Origin: Pseudomonadota bacterium
GTDB taxonomy: Bacteria > Pseudomonadota > Gammaproteobacteria > Pseudomonadales > Pseudohongiellaceae
Reading direction: 5' to 3'
Assembly (NCBI GenBank): GCA_051747985.1
Contig: JBNJGU010000001.1
Location: 1 to 51,456, forward strand
Length of the DNA: 51,456 nt
Part shown: piece by piece, positions 39,457 through 47,124 of the stretch
Position numbering within the stretch: the stretch's first letter is position 1
Layout: every line of letters starts with the position of its first letter
Made by a program: the position numbers and the translations under genes
The notes under the pieces: model-generated
Database searches by the model: none
What the model was told of the DNA's origin: nothing
Seen by the model: the letters and a program-made list of their open reading frames with translations, nothing else

Positions 39457-39473
39457 ACAGGACAGTGTCCTGT
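39457..39473 (+). promoter_or_regulatory. Perfect 7-3-7 inverted repeat (ACAGGAC-AGT-GTCCTGT), candidate operator upstream of the small peptide gene
   Basis: Lies 37 nt upstream of ATG 39510 and just downstream of a TATAAC -10-like hexamer (39444-39449), in the divergent GT2/peptide intergenic region. Confidence 0.3.
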
Positions 39474-39509
39474 GATTGATGAAAACCACCAGGGACAGGA
39501 GGAAATACG

Positions 39510-39686
39510 ATGAGAGAGCTTACGGCTCGAGAGATGGATATGGTGAGCGGTGCCGGGTATCTGCCGCAGGCCGGTGCGATTGCGGTGACGTACAAGACGG
39601 CCTACGAGACCGCCACCTGGTTTGGCGCGGACCAGCTGGGTAGCGCCATCGGCAATGCATTGTACGATTTCACGCACGGTAGCTGA
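39510..39686 (+). CDS. 58-aa double-glycine-leader peptide, class II microcin/bacteriocin-like precursor (absent from the ORF track, which appears to list only ORFs of 60 aa or longer)
   Basis: ATG 39510 to TGA 39684-39686, with AGGAGGA (39497-39503) 6 nt upstream. Product: MRELTAREMDMVSGAGYLPQAGAIAVTYKTAYETATWFGADQLGSAIGNALYDFTHGS. Residues 1-16 fit the MRELxxxE(L/M)xxVSG(G/A) double-glycine leader. The core is Gly/Ala-rich and Cys-free. Confidence 0.6.
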   Translation: MRELTAREMDMVSGAGYLPQAGAIAVTYKTAYETATWFGADQLGSAIGNALYDFTHGS

Positions 39687-39692
39687 TGTACC

Positions 39693-39725
39693 GGGCAGGG
39701 CACCGGTGCGCCGGTAGCTCTGCCC
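39693..39725 (+). promoter_or_regulatory. Stem-loop between the peptide gene and the downstream membrane-protein gene (possible attenuator or processing site)
   Basis: GGGCAG...ACCGG-TGCG-CCGGT...CTGCCC is a nested GC-rich hairpin starting 7 nt after the peptide stop. No T-tract follows, so it is not a canonical terminator. Confidence 0.3.
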
Positions 39726-39747
39726 ACCATTTCCGGGGGACAGGATC

Positions 39748-40035
39748 ATGAATCACACAACTGGAAAGCGTATGTCCTCGGTGTTGGCCATTCTTTCCCT
39801 GCTATGCCTGGTGGCGGTAGTGGCAATGGTACGGCATGTTCTGGAGGCGAACTGGCTGGATGCGCTGTTCGCGGCCGGTGGGCTGGTTCTGTTGCTGCCC
39901 ACGCGGGCCACGGTCAGCTGGATGGCTGCCGACGCTGTCGGTAGCTCGCTTAGGCCTCAGCCATGGCAGCAATGGGTGGGTGTGTCCTGCATAGCAGTGG
40001 CGCTGACCGCGGGGATGGTATTGGAGTTGTTATGA
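39748..40035 (+). CDS. Small 3-TM membrane protein, candidate immunity protein for the upstream peptide
   Basis: 95 aa with three hydrophobic segments (VLAILSLLCLVAVVAMV, LFAAGGLVLLLP, WVGVSCIAVALTAGMVL). It lies 62 nt downstream of the peptide gene on the same strand. An alternative start is at 39772. Confidence 0.5.
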   Translation: MNHTTGKRMSSVLAILSLLCLVAVVAMVRHVLEANWLDALFAAGGLVLLLPTRATVSWMAADAVGSSLRPQPWQQWVGVSCIAVALTAGMVLELL

Positions 40036-40244
40036 AGCCAGCGCTTGTGGTTGGTCCATGGTGACGGCCTGATTCGCGTATACGAGATATCGTACGAGGC
40101 TGGAGCGTCCCACAGGTATCTCGTCGGAATCATTGATCCTCGTCATGGTTCTGCCTTTTTCCCATTGCCAACACGAGGTAAAGGAACATACTGTTCAGTA
40201 CAGTAATGGCGCATCATCGTATTGGGTGAGGGAGGAGCTGACAC

Positions 40245-40748
40245 ATGAAGCCGATCAAGGGGAAAGTGCTCGCGCTGACAGCGGCCGTGACGCTGACCGC
40301 ATGTTCCGGAGAACCCGAATCCGCCGGGGAGGCGGTCCGATTGCCGATCAGCATCAACGAGGTCATGGTGGCCCTGGTGAATCATGCGGCGGACCCGATC
40401 TGGCGTGCGGACTGGGATCAGCCGGAAACCGATGCCGAATGGCGGGAGGTCGAACGTCTGGCCTATCAGGTCCAGGTGGGCGGTACGCTGATCCAGTTTC
40501 CAGGCACCGGTCCCATGGATGACGAATGGGTGGCCGATCCGGCCTGGAACCGTTACGCGCAGCAGTTGAGCGAAGCCGGCCGGCATGCTGTCAATTCAGC
40601 GCGCTCACAGGACCAGACGCTGATCCGCCGGGCCGGAGACGAGCTGGTGGAGGCCTGCGAGGCCTGCGACATCGCCTTCAAGCCGGATCTGCCGACCATG
40701 GACATGTTCGGGGAGTTGTCTCCGCTTCCCCCTGTTTCTGTGCAGTAG
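40245..40748 (+). CDS. Lipoprotein of unknown function, possibly a cytochrome c'-like four-helix protein lacking the heme His
   Basis: Lipobox LTAC after a basic N-terminus and a GGAGGAG RBS. The C-terminal-proximal CEACD sits where class II cytochromes c carry CxxCH. The fold assignment is speculative. Confidence 0.5.
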   Translation: MKPIKGKVLALTAAVTLTACSGEPESAGEAVRLPISINEVMVALVNHAADPIWRADWDQPETDAEWREVERLAYQVQVGGTLIQFPGTGPMDDEWVADPAWNRYAQQLSEAGRHAVNSARSQDQTLIRRAGDELVEACEACDIAFKPDLPTMDMFGELSPLPPVSVQ

Positions 40749-40804
40749 GCTGGCGGGCGAAGTGTGACTCTCGCTTGCCGTGCGGAAGCGGGCACGCTAC
40801 GGTA

Positions 40805-40818
40805 AACGGATATCCGTT
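40805..40818 (+). promoter_or_regulatory. 14-bp perfect palindrome AACGGATATCCGTT just upstream of the serine-hydrolase RBS
   Basis: Perfect dyad 18 nt upstream of ATG 40836. It could be an operator or a short RNA hairpin (5-bp stem, AUAU loop). Confidence 0.2.
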
Positions 40819-40835
40819 ACCAGAGGGTGGCCTTT

Positions 40836-42323
40836 ATGAGCCTGTCGCTTCGTCAACTCTTCCTTTTGTTCGTCTCTGCCGGTCTGTTTGCCTGTTCTGA
40901 TCCCGCCCCGGACACAGAATCTGCGGCCGACGGACTGGCTGAATCCGCTACTTCGGCGCAGGGTCAGGAGTCCGCCGACGGTGCGCCGCGAACCGACACT
41001 GACGACCTGAATGCCGAAATCACGCTGGGTAGCGCGGTGAAACGGCTGTGTTCTTCCGTGCTGGTCAGCGGTCGCCATATCGATCATGTCATGGCGGAAG
41101 AGCTGGCCAACCCGGCGCTGGAAAGTGTCGATTTCCGGATTGAAGACAATCTGGTTACCGGCGAGGGCATGGGCCAGACGGTTCGTGCGCTGTACCGTGA
41201 CCACCTGGGCTGCACGTTGGTGAAGGGTACTACCGTCGATGCATTGCAGGCGCAGTACGATCCGGGCGCGTTTCCGGCTTTTCCCGATCCCTCCGACGCC
41301 GAGTGGCCGCTGGGTGACCGTGTGACCCTGCCCTCTGAAGTGTCGGGCGTCGACCTGGAAGCGATCAACCGTGCCGTGGACGGCGCTTTCGACGATATCG
41401 AGCCGGATCAGGACATCGATACGCGGGCCGTGCTGGTGATTCACGAGGGACGGATCATCGCCGAGCAGTATGCCGAACCCTTCCATGCCGATATGCCACA
41501 ACTGGGCTGGTCGATGACCAAGACGGTTACCGCCGCGTTGACCGGCATGCTGGTCGGCGAGGGTCGGCTGCAGGTGGATGCGCCGGCGCCGGTACCGGAA
41601 TGGCAGAGCCCGGACGATGAGCGCGGCGGTATCACGCTGGAGAATCTGTTGCAGATGTCCAGCGGCCTGGAATATTCAGAAGAGTACACGGCCGGTTCGA
41701 TGTCCGATGTCATCCTGATGCTCTACACCACCGACGACACGGCCGGCTTCACGGCGGAAAAGCCGTTGGCACACCCGCCGGGCAGCACTTTCTATTACTC
41801 CAGTGGCACGACCAATGTCATTTCCCGGATCCTGCATGACGAGCTGGGGGACCGGCAGCGCTATTTCCACTTCCCGCGGGAGCGGCTGTTCGGGCCGTTG
41901 GGCATGAATTCGGCGGTGCTGGAGCCCGATGCCACTGGCACCTTTGTGGGCTCGTCCTACATGTACGCCACCCCGCGTGACTGGGCGAAGATCGGCCTGT
42001 TGTACCTTCGGGATGGCGTGTGGAATGGTGAACGCATCCTGCCGGAAGGCTGGGTCGAGACCAGCGTGACACCGGCGGACTCGGCCGAAAACGGCCAGTA
42101 TGGCTACCAGATCTGGCTCAATGCGGGCGCGCCGGACGATCCGATGGACCGGTCGTTTCCCGGACTGCCAGCCAATGCGTACTACCTGTCCGGTTTCGAA
42201 GGGCAGAACATCGTGGTACTGCCGGATCAGGATCTGATCGTACTTCGCATGGGCCTGACCACCCGCGGGCCCCGGCCGGTTTGGACGTTGACCGAGGCGG
42301 TGCTGGAGGCCGTCGAGCAGTAA
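40836..42323 (+). CDS. Serine hydrolase, beta-lactamase/transpeptidase-like (class C / 6-aminohexanoate-dimer-hydrolase-like) lipoprotein
   Basis: Start at ATG 40836 (MSLSLRQLFLLFVSAGLFAC, a lipobox). SxxK motif in WSMTKTV. YSSG-type and downstream blocks are typical of the family. Confidence 0.85.
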   Translation: MSLSLRQLFLLFVSAGLFACSDPAPDTESAADGLAESATSAQGQESADGAPRTDTDDLNAEITLGSAVKRLCSSVLVSGRHIDHVMAEELANPALESVDFRIEDNLVTGEGMGQTVRALYRDHLGCTLVKGTTVDALQAQYDPGAFPAFPDPSDAEWPLGDRVTLPSEVSGVDLEAINRAVDGAFDDIEPDQDIDTRAVLVIHEGRIIAEQYAEPFHADMPQLGWSMTKTVTAALTGMLVGEGRLQVDAPAPVPEWQSPDDERGGITLENLLQMSSGLEYSEEYTAGSMSDVILMLYTTDDTAGFTAEKPLAHPPGSTFYYSSGTTNVISRILHDELGDRQRYFHFPRERLFGPLGMNSAVLEPDATGTFVGSSYMYATPRDWAKIGLLYLRDGVWNGERILPEGWVETSVTPADSAENGQYGYQIWLNAGAPDDPMDRSFPGLPANAYYLSGFEGQNIVVLPDQDLIVLRMGLTTRGPRPVWTLTEAVLEAVEQ

Positions 42324-42410
42324 CCGCGAAACGCACAGCATCGACCAAGGCCATCGCTGTATCCTGGTCCAGCCTGCGGTACACTGCGTATCCAGTTTTC
42401 CAGACACGCG

Positions 42411-44036
42411 ATGACGGATACCAACTTGCGCTACCGACCCGATATCCGGCTACTCCTGACCCTGGCGGCCTTTGTCGGCCTGTTTCTGGCGCTGACCCTG
42501 CCCAATCGCCTTGCCTGGATCACGCCGCCAGCCTTCATTTTCTTTCCACTGGAACTCATGGTCATCGGGCTTCTGCTATTGGCGCCCGGGCGTATTGGTG
42601 ACGCTCTCCGTATCTTTCTGGCCCTGTTGCTCGGGCTTGGACTGCTACTGCGTGGCGCAGACCTGGTGACGCATGAGATTTTCGCACGACCCTTCAACGT
42701 GATCTTCGACAGCCATCTGCTGGCTGATGGCAGTCGTCTGTTGACCGGCGTGCTGGGCGGTCTCGCCGCTTTCGGTGTTGCACTTTTGCTGGCGGTGGCC
42801 GCGGGTCTGCTGGGCTGGCTGGCCTTCGCCATGTTGGGTCGTATTCAGGTGGTCCTGCGGGCGACGTCGCGTCTGTCAGCCATGGCCATGGTGGTGTTGC
42901 TGTTGGCCTGGGTGGGACTGAAGACCGCTGGCTGGTCGAGGGCCGATACCTACGCCTGGGACCAGCTCGTACTGCACGGCCAGGATACACTCCACAGTAT
43001 CCGCGATATCAGGAGCTTTGCCGAGACGGTCAATGAGGATGTATGGGCCGGCCGCTCTGGTGAAGGGCTTTTCGACCGGTTGCGGGGTAAGGATGTATTC
43101 GTCATCTTCGCCGAATCCTACGGACGGGTTCTCCTGGAGCGTGAGCCGTTTGCCGAGTCGGTGACGGCGACACTGACACGGGCGCAGCAGCAGCTCGAGG
43201 CGGATGGCGTGCACATGCGCAGTGCCTTCCTCACCGCGCCGACGGTCGGTGGGCTGAGCTGGCTGGCTCATGCCTCGGCCCTGTCCGGTGCCTGGATTGA
43301 CAGCGAGACCCGCTACGAGAGCCTGATCATCAGCGAGCGTGTCACGCTGAACCGCCTGTTCCGTGATGCCGGGTGGCGCACCGTGGCCGCCATGCCGGCG
43401 ATCAGCATGGCCTGGCCCGAGGGGCAGTACTATGGCTATGATCACATCTATGATGCCCACAATTTCGGCTACGAGGGCCTGCCTTTCAACTGGGTGACCA
43501 TGCCGGATCAGTATGTGTTGTCCGCCCTGGAGGAGCGGGAGCGCAGCCGCACCGACCGCCCGCCGCTGATGGCCGAGATCGCCCTGATTTCCTCCCATGC
43601 CCCCTGGACCCCGATCGCCGAGCTGGTGCCCTGGGAGCAGGTGGGTGACGGACGTATTTTCAACGAACAGGCACGGTCCGGTCCGGCTCCCGAAGAGGTC
43701 TGGCAGGAGGTGGAGTCGATCCGCTCCCACTATCGCCAGTCCATCGAGTATATGCTCCGTACCATGGTGTCCTACGTGCAGGAATACGGTGACGAGGACA
43801 CGGTCATTCTGCTGCTGGGCGATCATCCGCCGGCGCCGTTGGTGTCGGGTGACACGGATGGCAGGGACGTGCCGGTACACCTGATCGCGCGCGATCCCGC
43901 TGTCATGGATGCCGTGGCCGACTGGGGCTGGCAGCCGGGGCTGTTGCCCGACGCCGATGCCCCGGTGTGGCGCATGGACCGCCTGCGTGACCGTTTTGTG
44001 GAAGCATTTTCCGGGGAGCAGAGGGGGAGCGAATGA
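42411..44036 (+). CDS. Membrane-anchored alkaline-phosphatase-superfamily transferase (LtaS/sulfatase-like, phosphoglycerol/phosphoethanolamine-transferase type)
   Basis: Five N-terminal TM helices followed by a periplasmic sulfatase-like domain (VFVIFAESYGR, APTVGGLSW, ALISSHAPW, LLLGDHPP). Confidence 0.7.
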   Translation: MTDTNLRYRPDIRLLLTLAAFVGLFLALTLPNRLAWITPPAFIFFPLELMVIGLLLLAPGRIGDALRIFLALLLGLGLLLRGADLVTHEIFARPFNVIFDSHLLADGSRLLTGVLGGLAAFGVALLLAVAAGLLGWLAFAMLGRIQVVLRATSRLSAMAMVVLLLAWVGLKTAGWSRADTYAWDQLVLHGQDTLHSIRDIRSFAETVNEDVWAGRSGEGLFDRLRGKDVFVIFAESYGRVLLEREPFAESVTATLTRAQQQLEADGVHMRSAFLTAPTVGGLSWLAHASALSGAWIDSETRYESLIISERVTLNRLFRDAGWRTVAAMPAISMAWPEGQYYGYDHIYDAHNFGYEGLPFNWVTMPDQYVLSALEERERSRTDRPPLMAEIALISSHAPWTPIAELVPWEQVGDGRIFNEQARSGPAPEEVWQEVESIRSHYRQSIEYMLRTMVSYVQEYGDEDTVILLLGDHPPAPLVSGDTDGRDVPVHLIARDPAVMDAVADWGWQPGLLPDADAPVWRMDRLRDRFVEAFSGEQRGSE

Positions 44037-44782
44037 TGCCGCGCACTGGCTGGAGGGAGCGATGGGGGCTATGGCGGTCGTTATTGATGTATTACGGCAT
44101 CCCCGGCCGTCAGGCCCGGATGCGCCGCTTCTACGGGCAGTTCATCCGGCCCGGCGACCTGTGTTTCGACATCGGCGCGCATGTCGGCAACCGGCTGTCG
44201 GTCTGGCGGGCGCTGGGAGCCCGCTCGGTGGCCGTGGAACCGCAGCCACTGCTGATGGAGACACTGAGGCGACGCTATGGCAACGATCCGGGCATCACGC
44301 TGGTGGAGGAGGCCATCGGTGCCGGGCCTGGCGAGGCCACGTTACATATCAGCACCCGCACGCCCACCGTCACCACGATGTCGCGCGAGTGGATTTCCCG
44401 TGTACAGCAGGATCCTTCCTTCCGGGGCGTGCAGTGGGACCGGGAGGTGACGGTTCCGGTGACCACGCTGGATGAGTTGATCGAGCGTTGTGGCGAGCCG
44501 CGTTTCTGCAAGATCGATGTCGAAGGGTTCGAACTGGACGTGCTGCGGGGACTGTCGCGTCCACTGGCGGCGCTGTCCTTCGAGTACATTCCAGCGACCA
44601 TGGGGTTCGCGGTGGACTGTATCCGGCGGCTGGAAGAGCTGGGCGGTTATGAATACAACCTGGCACCTGGAGAGACGCATCGTCTGCAGTCGTCGCGCTG
44701 GCGATCGCCGGAGCAGATGATGGAAGCGCTGCAACGGATCACGCAGGGCAGTGGTGATGTCTATGCCCGGCGTGTGAGCTGA
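44033..44782 (+). CDS. FkbM-family SAM-dependent methyltransferase
   Basis: CFDIGAHVGN, SVAVEPQP and KIDVEGFELDVLRG are canonical FkbM blocks. Its ATG overlaps the stop of the upstream transferase (ATGA). Confidence 0.85.
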   Translation: MMPRTGWRERWGLWRSLLMYYGIPGRQARMRRFYGQFIRPGDLCFDIGAHVGNRLSVWRALGARSVAVEPQPLLMETLRRRYGNDPGITLVEEAIGAGPGEATLHISTRTPTVTTMSREWISRVQQDPSFRGVQWDREVTVPVTTLDELIERCGEPRFCKIDVEGFELDVLRGLSRPLAALSFEYIPATMGFAVDCIRRLEELGGYEYNLAPGETHRLQSSRWRSPEQMMEALQRITQGSGDVYARRVS

Positions 44783-44807
44783 CCCCTTCAGCCATGGCCA
44801 GGAACGC

Positions 44808-45137
44808 ATGATACATATCGCCCTTCACTTCATCGTTCCGATGCTGACCGCCCTGGCGTTCTATCGTGGGCGCTGGCATCAGGCCGCCGGTGTCATGGTG
44901 GCCACCATGGTGGTGGACGTGGATCATCTGTTGGCGGATCCGGTCTATGACCCCGAGCGGTGCTCCATCGGTTTTCATCCGCTGCACACGGCGCCGGCCA
45001 TGGCTCTTTACGTGGGGTTGCTCGTGGTTCCCCTGCTGGTCGGGAGCGATCGAACCGGGTGGCGGGTATTGCACTGGATCGGTGTCGGGCTGGTGATCCA
45101 CATGGCACTGGATGGCGCGGATTGCCTGCCTTTCTGA
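44808..45137 (+). CDS. Small His-rich 3-TM membrane protein (DUF6122-like)
   Basis: 109 aa (MIHIALHFIVPML..., VDVDHLLADPVYDP, GFHPLHT). It lies 25 nt after the FkbM gene. The family assignment is from memory only. Confidence 0.45.
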   Translation: MIHIALHFIVPMLTALAFYRGRWHQAAGVMVATMVVDVDHLLADPVYDPERCSIGFHPLHTAPAMALYVGLLVVPLLVGSDRTGWRVLHWIGVGLVIHMALDGADCLPF

Positions 45138-45150
45138 CCAGGATGCCGGG

Positions 45151-45978
45151 TCAGTGAGCTTTTGTGTCTGGTTCCGGCAGCGCGAGAATATCCGTGTGTC
45201 CCACAATGCAGGTACCGGTTGCCGCATTCGATTGACGGAATCGGACCCAGTCCTTCAGAGAGCTCGCATCGAGACGTGAATCCGGCTCCACGGCACCGGC
45301 GATTCCCTCTATCAGTGCATCCACCATGGCCTGATCGGTTCCGTCCAGATTCCAGGGACTGCTGGCGGTACGAACCGTGAATCCGGCGTGGGTGAAGATC
45401 TGCTCCATGCGGGCTCCGGCATCCGGGCCCAGTGCCGGGCCGAATCCCTTGTCCCGGCGTTGGTCCTTGTTGAAGGCGTCGAGAACCAGGTCATCCAGTG
45501 GATGGGCGGGGCTCCATCGGGTCATGCCGTCGTAGTTGAGCGCGGCGTACACGCCGGTGGATGATCGGGAGTCACCGGCTTTCAGTGTGCTGGCCAGGGT
45601 TTCGAGGAAGTTGGCGGACACCAGGTCAAACAGCGCCGAGGCGGTCACCAGTCGGGCGCCCGCCAGTGGCAGGTCGGTGACCCGTGCCAGATCCGTCGGA
45701 CAGGCCTCGATCCGATGCCGCTGGCCGTGACGGCGTTGTGCCTCGGCCAGCAGTTCCCGGTCGTGATCCACCAGGCGCCAGCTCAAAGGTGTCGCGTGGC
45801 TATGGTCCGCGGTCAATGCGCGCAATGTGGAGCCGGTGCCGGCGCCCAGATCGACCACAATGGCTCCGGTACCCGGACCGGCCAGCCATTGCCGTGCCTG
45901 TTCCAGCAGGGCACCGTCCCGGGCACGTCGGTCAGCGTCCTCGCGCAGGTCCAGCCAGTCGATACTGAATCCACTCAT
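45151..45978 (-). CDS. Class I SAM-dependent methyltransferase
   Basis: SAM motif I VVDLGAGTGS, then an acidic residue (LVDHD) at motif II. Its ATG overlaps the stop of the upstream GT4 gene by 4 nt. Confidence 0.75.
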   Translation of the reverse strand: MSGFSIDWLDLREDADRRARDGALLEQARQWLAGPGTGAIVVDLGAGTGSTLRALTADHSHATPLSWRLVDHDRELLAEAQRRHGQRHRIEACPTDLARVTDLPLAGARLVTASALFDLVSANFLETLASTLKAGDSRSSTGVYAALNYDGMTRWSPAHPLDDLVLDAFNKDQRRDKGFGPALGPDAGARMEQIFTHAGFTVRTASSPWNLDGTDQAMVDALIEGIAGAVEPDSRLDASSLKDWVRFRQSNAATGTCIVGHTDILALPEPDTKAH

Positions 45979-47072
45979 GTCTGTCGTACCTCGTCAATAA
46001 GCTGCGCAACCCGACGGGCGCTGTCGCTCCAGGTGGGCAGAGTGGCTGCCGCGCGGCGGGCCCCGGCCTGCAACTCCCGGCGCAGTGATTCCCTCGTCAG
46101 AAGACTGCGGATAGCCTCGCCCAATGCCTTCGGATCATCCGGCGGCACCAGCAGACCGGCGGTGTCCGGCACCACGTCCGGCACGGCACCGGCGCGGGCC
46201 GCGATCACCGGCAGCCCGGCAGCCAGGGCTTCGGCGAACACCATGCCATAGCCCTCGAATCGTGATGGGAGCACAAACAGGTCGGCCTGTCGGTATTCGG
46301 TCTGCAGGTCATCCACGGCTCCGACCAAGCGTATACGGTCCTGCAACCGGGCACGGTTCACCCGGTCCTGTAATGCAGCGGCCCAGGCCGGGTCGAAACC
46401 GGTTCCGCCCACGAATCGTGCCTGCCAGGGCAGGTGGGGCACCAGGGCAAGTGCATCAATCAGTACATCGTGGGCCTTGCGCCGGGTCAGGGAAGCCACA
46501 GTCAGCAGTTGTGGCGGGGCACCGTCACAGGGAGAGAAGGGAACCCGTTCAGTGCCGGGTCTGGCCACCACGATACAGTCCATGGGCACACCGTATTCCG
46601 CGGTCAGGATCCGCGCGGTGTGGTCGCTGGTGACCACCACGGCCCGGGTAAATTGCAGTGCGCGTTGCTCCGAGGCCCGAAACGCCCGCTGTTGCGAAGC
46701 GTCCAGTCCCGATTCCAGTGCCAGCGGATGGTGGCACAGAGCGATCAGCCGAAGGCGTCGTGCCTCGGCTTCTGCCACGTCATCCAGCACACCGAGCGCG
46801 AGGCCGTCGATCATCACGATGGCGTCGTCCGGCAGCGTCGCCAGGGTTTTCCGGGCGCCCCGCCGGGCGGATTCATCGGGAAAAGGAAAGCCTTCGGGTA
46901 GCGCAGTGGGCTGCACGTCCAGACCCACTTCACGCATTCCATCGATCAGGCGGCGATCGTAGTGATAGCCGCCGGTTGGCGTGTCGAGGCGGCCGGGATA
47001 GGCGAAATACAGGGTTGTAGCGTTCACAGGTGATCTGATCCGTTCCGGAGAGGCTGCCGTATTCAATGGCAT
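45975..47072 (-). CDS. Glycosyltransferase family 4 (GT-B, retaining, RfaG-like)
   Basis: The C-terminal EX7E region (FVLPSRFEGYGMVFAEALAAGLPVIA) is typical of GT4 enzymes. Confidence 0.85.
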   Translation of the reverse strand: MPLNTAASPERIRSPVNATTLYFAYPGRLDTPTGGYHYDRRLIDGMREVGLDVQPTALPEGFPFPDESARRGARKTLATLPDDAIVMIDGLALGVLDDVAEAEARRLRLIALCHHPLALESGLDASQQRAFRASEQRALQFTRAVVVTSDHTARILTAEYGVPMDCIVVARPGTERVPFSPCDGAPPQLLTVASLTRRKAHDVLIDALALVPHLPWQARFVGGTGFDPAWAAALQDRVNRARLQDRIRLVGAVDDLQTEYRQADLFVLPSRFEGYGMVFAEALAAGLPVIAARAGAVPDVVPDTAGLLVPPDDPKALGEAIRSLLTRESLRRELQAGARRAAATLPTWSDSARRVAQLIDEVRQT

Positions 47073-47124
47073 CGTAAACCATCGCGGAGTGTCGTGCTTG
47101 CTTCAGTGACAGGCCCGGCATACC

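Noticed and set aside
39510-39686. The possibility that the small peptide is a class IIb (siderophore-linked) microcin, because it ends in ...HGS.
   Set aside because: Class IIb microcins carry a long Ser/Gly-rich C-terminal tail and are encoded next to mceCDIJ/iroB-like modification genes. Neither the tail nor such genes are present here.
40190-40204. A LexA/SOS-box-like sequence, ACTGTTCAGTACAGT, upstream of the lipoprotein gene.
   Set aside because: The spacing is CTG-N7-CAG rather than the CTG-N10-CAG required for gammaproteobacterial LexA boxes. The sequence is also not a true palindrome.
40749-42410. Two intergenic spacers of identical length (87 nt) flanking the serine-hydrolase gene, which might indicate a repeated element.
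   Set aside because: The two spacer sequences show no similarity when compared by eye. The equal length appears coincidental.
47073-47124. An FMN riboswitch (RFN element) in front of the ribA-like gene.
   Set aside because: The divergent intergenic region is only 52 nt (85 nt if the alternative start at 47158 is used). That is far too short for the RFN element of about 140 nt, and no GGATTC.../...CCGAC-type conserved blocks are present.
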